DNA from: Pseudomonadota bacterium
GTDB taxonomy: Bacteria; Pseudomonadota; Gammaproteobacteria; UBA6186; Azoamicaceae
NCBI GenBank assembly: GCA_021848375.1
Contig: JAJZUR010000001.1
Location: 1 to 37,172, forward strand
Reading direction: 5' to 3'
DNA: 37,172 bases
How positions within the stretch are numbered: the stretch's first letter is position 1; every line of letters begins with the position of its first letter. Below are positions 36,169-37,172 of the stretch, piece by piece. The position numbers were made by a program, and so were the translations under genes. Under the pieces are notes generated by a model. That model was not told where the DNA came from. It did no database searches and saw only the letters and a list, made by a program, of their open reading frames with translations.

Positions 36169-36933
36169 TCAATTTTCAGGAAGGAATTGGGGAATATTAT
36201 TAGTTAAATCACTAAATACAGCGGTAACACCGGCTTGTAATAAGTGGCGGATCACTTGCGGTTGATTGACGGTATAAATAAGCAGCGGGACTTCTTGAAC
36301 AATGCGATTGAGCATGACAGGATCTTTAACGGCTTCATAGCTGCAATGTAAGCTATTGAATTGATAGCGTTGCACCATTTTCACCCCTGTATCCACATCT
36401 GCCTCTATAAGATACCCAAGGGGAAGGGTTGGATCCAATTGTCGAAGCATAATCAGGCATTCTATATCGAAACTCGAAATGAGTGGAGGAGTCGCGTTAG
36501 CCCAATAGGGGCGATGTTTGGAAAGAAAATCGATTATCTGTTCTTTTTTTTTATGATTGGAAAGACCTTTCAATTCAATGTTGGGTTGAAGATTTCGTTG
36601 TTTTAAATAGGATAGGGTTTCTGTCAAGAGCGGGATCTTTTCACCGTAATAAGGCGGGTTAAACCAAGCGCCTGCGTCCAAGGTTTTTAGGGTTTGGTAG
36701 TGAGTATCAACGACAAAGCCATGACCATTGGTGGTGCGCTCGAGCGTTTCGTCATGCAGCAAAACCCATTCACCGGATGCGCAACGTTGCACATCAAATT
36801 CAATCCAGTTCAATCCCAATGCTGCAGCCTTTTGAAAACTGCGGAACGTATTTTCAGGGGCTAACCCGGCCGCGCCGCGGTGACCAATAATGCCTTTATA
36901 CGGGACAGGTAACTCACAAAATATATGCTGCAA
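36169..36933 (-). CDS. ugpQ: Glycerophosphodiester phosphodiesterase
   Basis: GHRGAAGLAPENT, WIEFDVQ, LHDETLERTTNG, IELK. Confidence 0.82.
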   Translation of the reverse strand: MQHIFCELPVPYKGIIGHRGAAGLAPENTFRSFQKAAALGLNWIEFDVQRCASGEWVLLHDETLERTTNGHGFVVDTHYQTLKTLDAGAWFNPPYYGEKIPLLTETLSYLKQRNLQPNIELKGLSNHKKKEQIIDFLSKHRPYWANATPPLISSFDIECLIMLRQLDPTLPLGYLIEADVDTGVKMVQRYQFNSLHCSYEAVKDPVMLNRIVQEVPLLIYTVNQPQVIRHLLQAGVTAVFSDLTNNIPQFLPEN

Positions 36934-37172
36934 TGATATTCTCCTCCTAGCAGGCGGTTATAATTGATTATAAAGGGATACAAAATCCATCCTCCATTGA
37001 TTTCTACTGGGGATATCCCCAAATATATAATTATTATGTACATTTTACGTTTTATTTCAGACTAATTTTTGTTAGAGTAGAAACTCTCGGTCAAGCTTTT
37101 TTATTAACTGGAGCGTTATCGCTATGCATGTAGAGGAAGTTGTTGGGATCTTAATGTCCTTAACAGCCATCT

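Noticed and set aside
37124-37172. Possible start of a new plus-strand gene (MHVEEVVGILMSLTAI) at the window edge.
   Set aside because: Only 16 codons are visible and the SD is weak (CTGGAG). This is too little to call a feature.

Overview
This is a densely packed chromosomal window from an AT-rich gammaproteobacterium. Gene content (Sel1-repeat protein, reduced type IV pilus genes, HipA module, very E. coli-like potABCD) suggests a Legionellales-like organism, but that is inference only. About 40 genes are supported, most of them core. In window order: ppiD (5' partial), potABCD, a Sel1-repeat membrane protein, an OprO/P-type porin, xseA, tadA, a truncated methyltransferase-like ORF, minCDE, a compact minor-pilin cluster (pilV-like, pilW-like, PilX_N/PilY1-like), a second OprO/P-type porin, mlaA, a REC-PP2C response regulator, an exported LD-carboxypeptidase, ychF-pth-rplY, a dacB remnant plus an orphan zinc-ribbon ORF, HMG-CoA lyase, tesA / ybbA-ybbP, an alpha/beta hydrolase, rnhA-dnaQ, nhaD, metNI and ugpQ. 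I saw no tRNA, rRNA, CRISPR array or IS element. The only clearly accessory patch is about 28.3-31.8 kb. It holds a hipA-first tricistron (HipA kinase, then an enlarged XRE-HTH protein starting 76 nt inside hipA, then an AlkD-like DNA-alkylation-repair protein). A 92% A+T spacer with a perfect 18-bp palindrome and an 18-bp direct repeat separates it from a divergent APH(6)-like kinase. This hipA module is my best candidate for an undescribed toxin-antitoxin or defence architecture. Secondary observations: a half-size PilY1-like protein with a pilin-like N-terminus and a variant Ca-binding loop; non-canonical prepilin leaders; perfect DnaA boxes in two regulatory contexts; His-rich N-termini on both porins; head-to-head overlapping start codons; and a deviant ABC signature in MetN. 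All functional calls rest on motif recognition by eye, with no database search.
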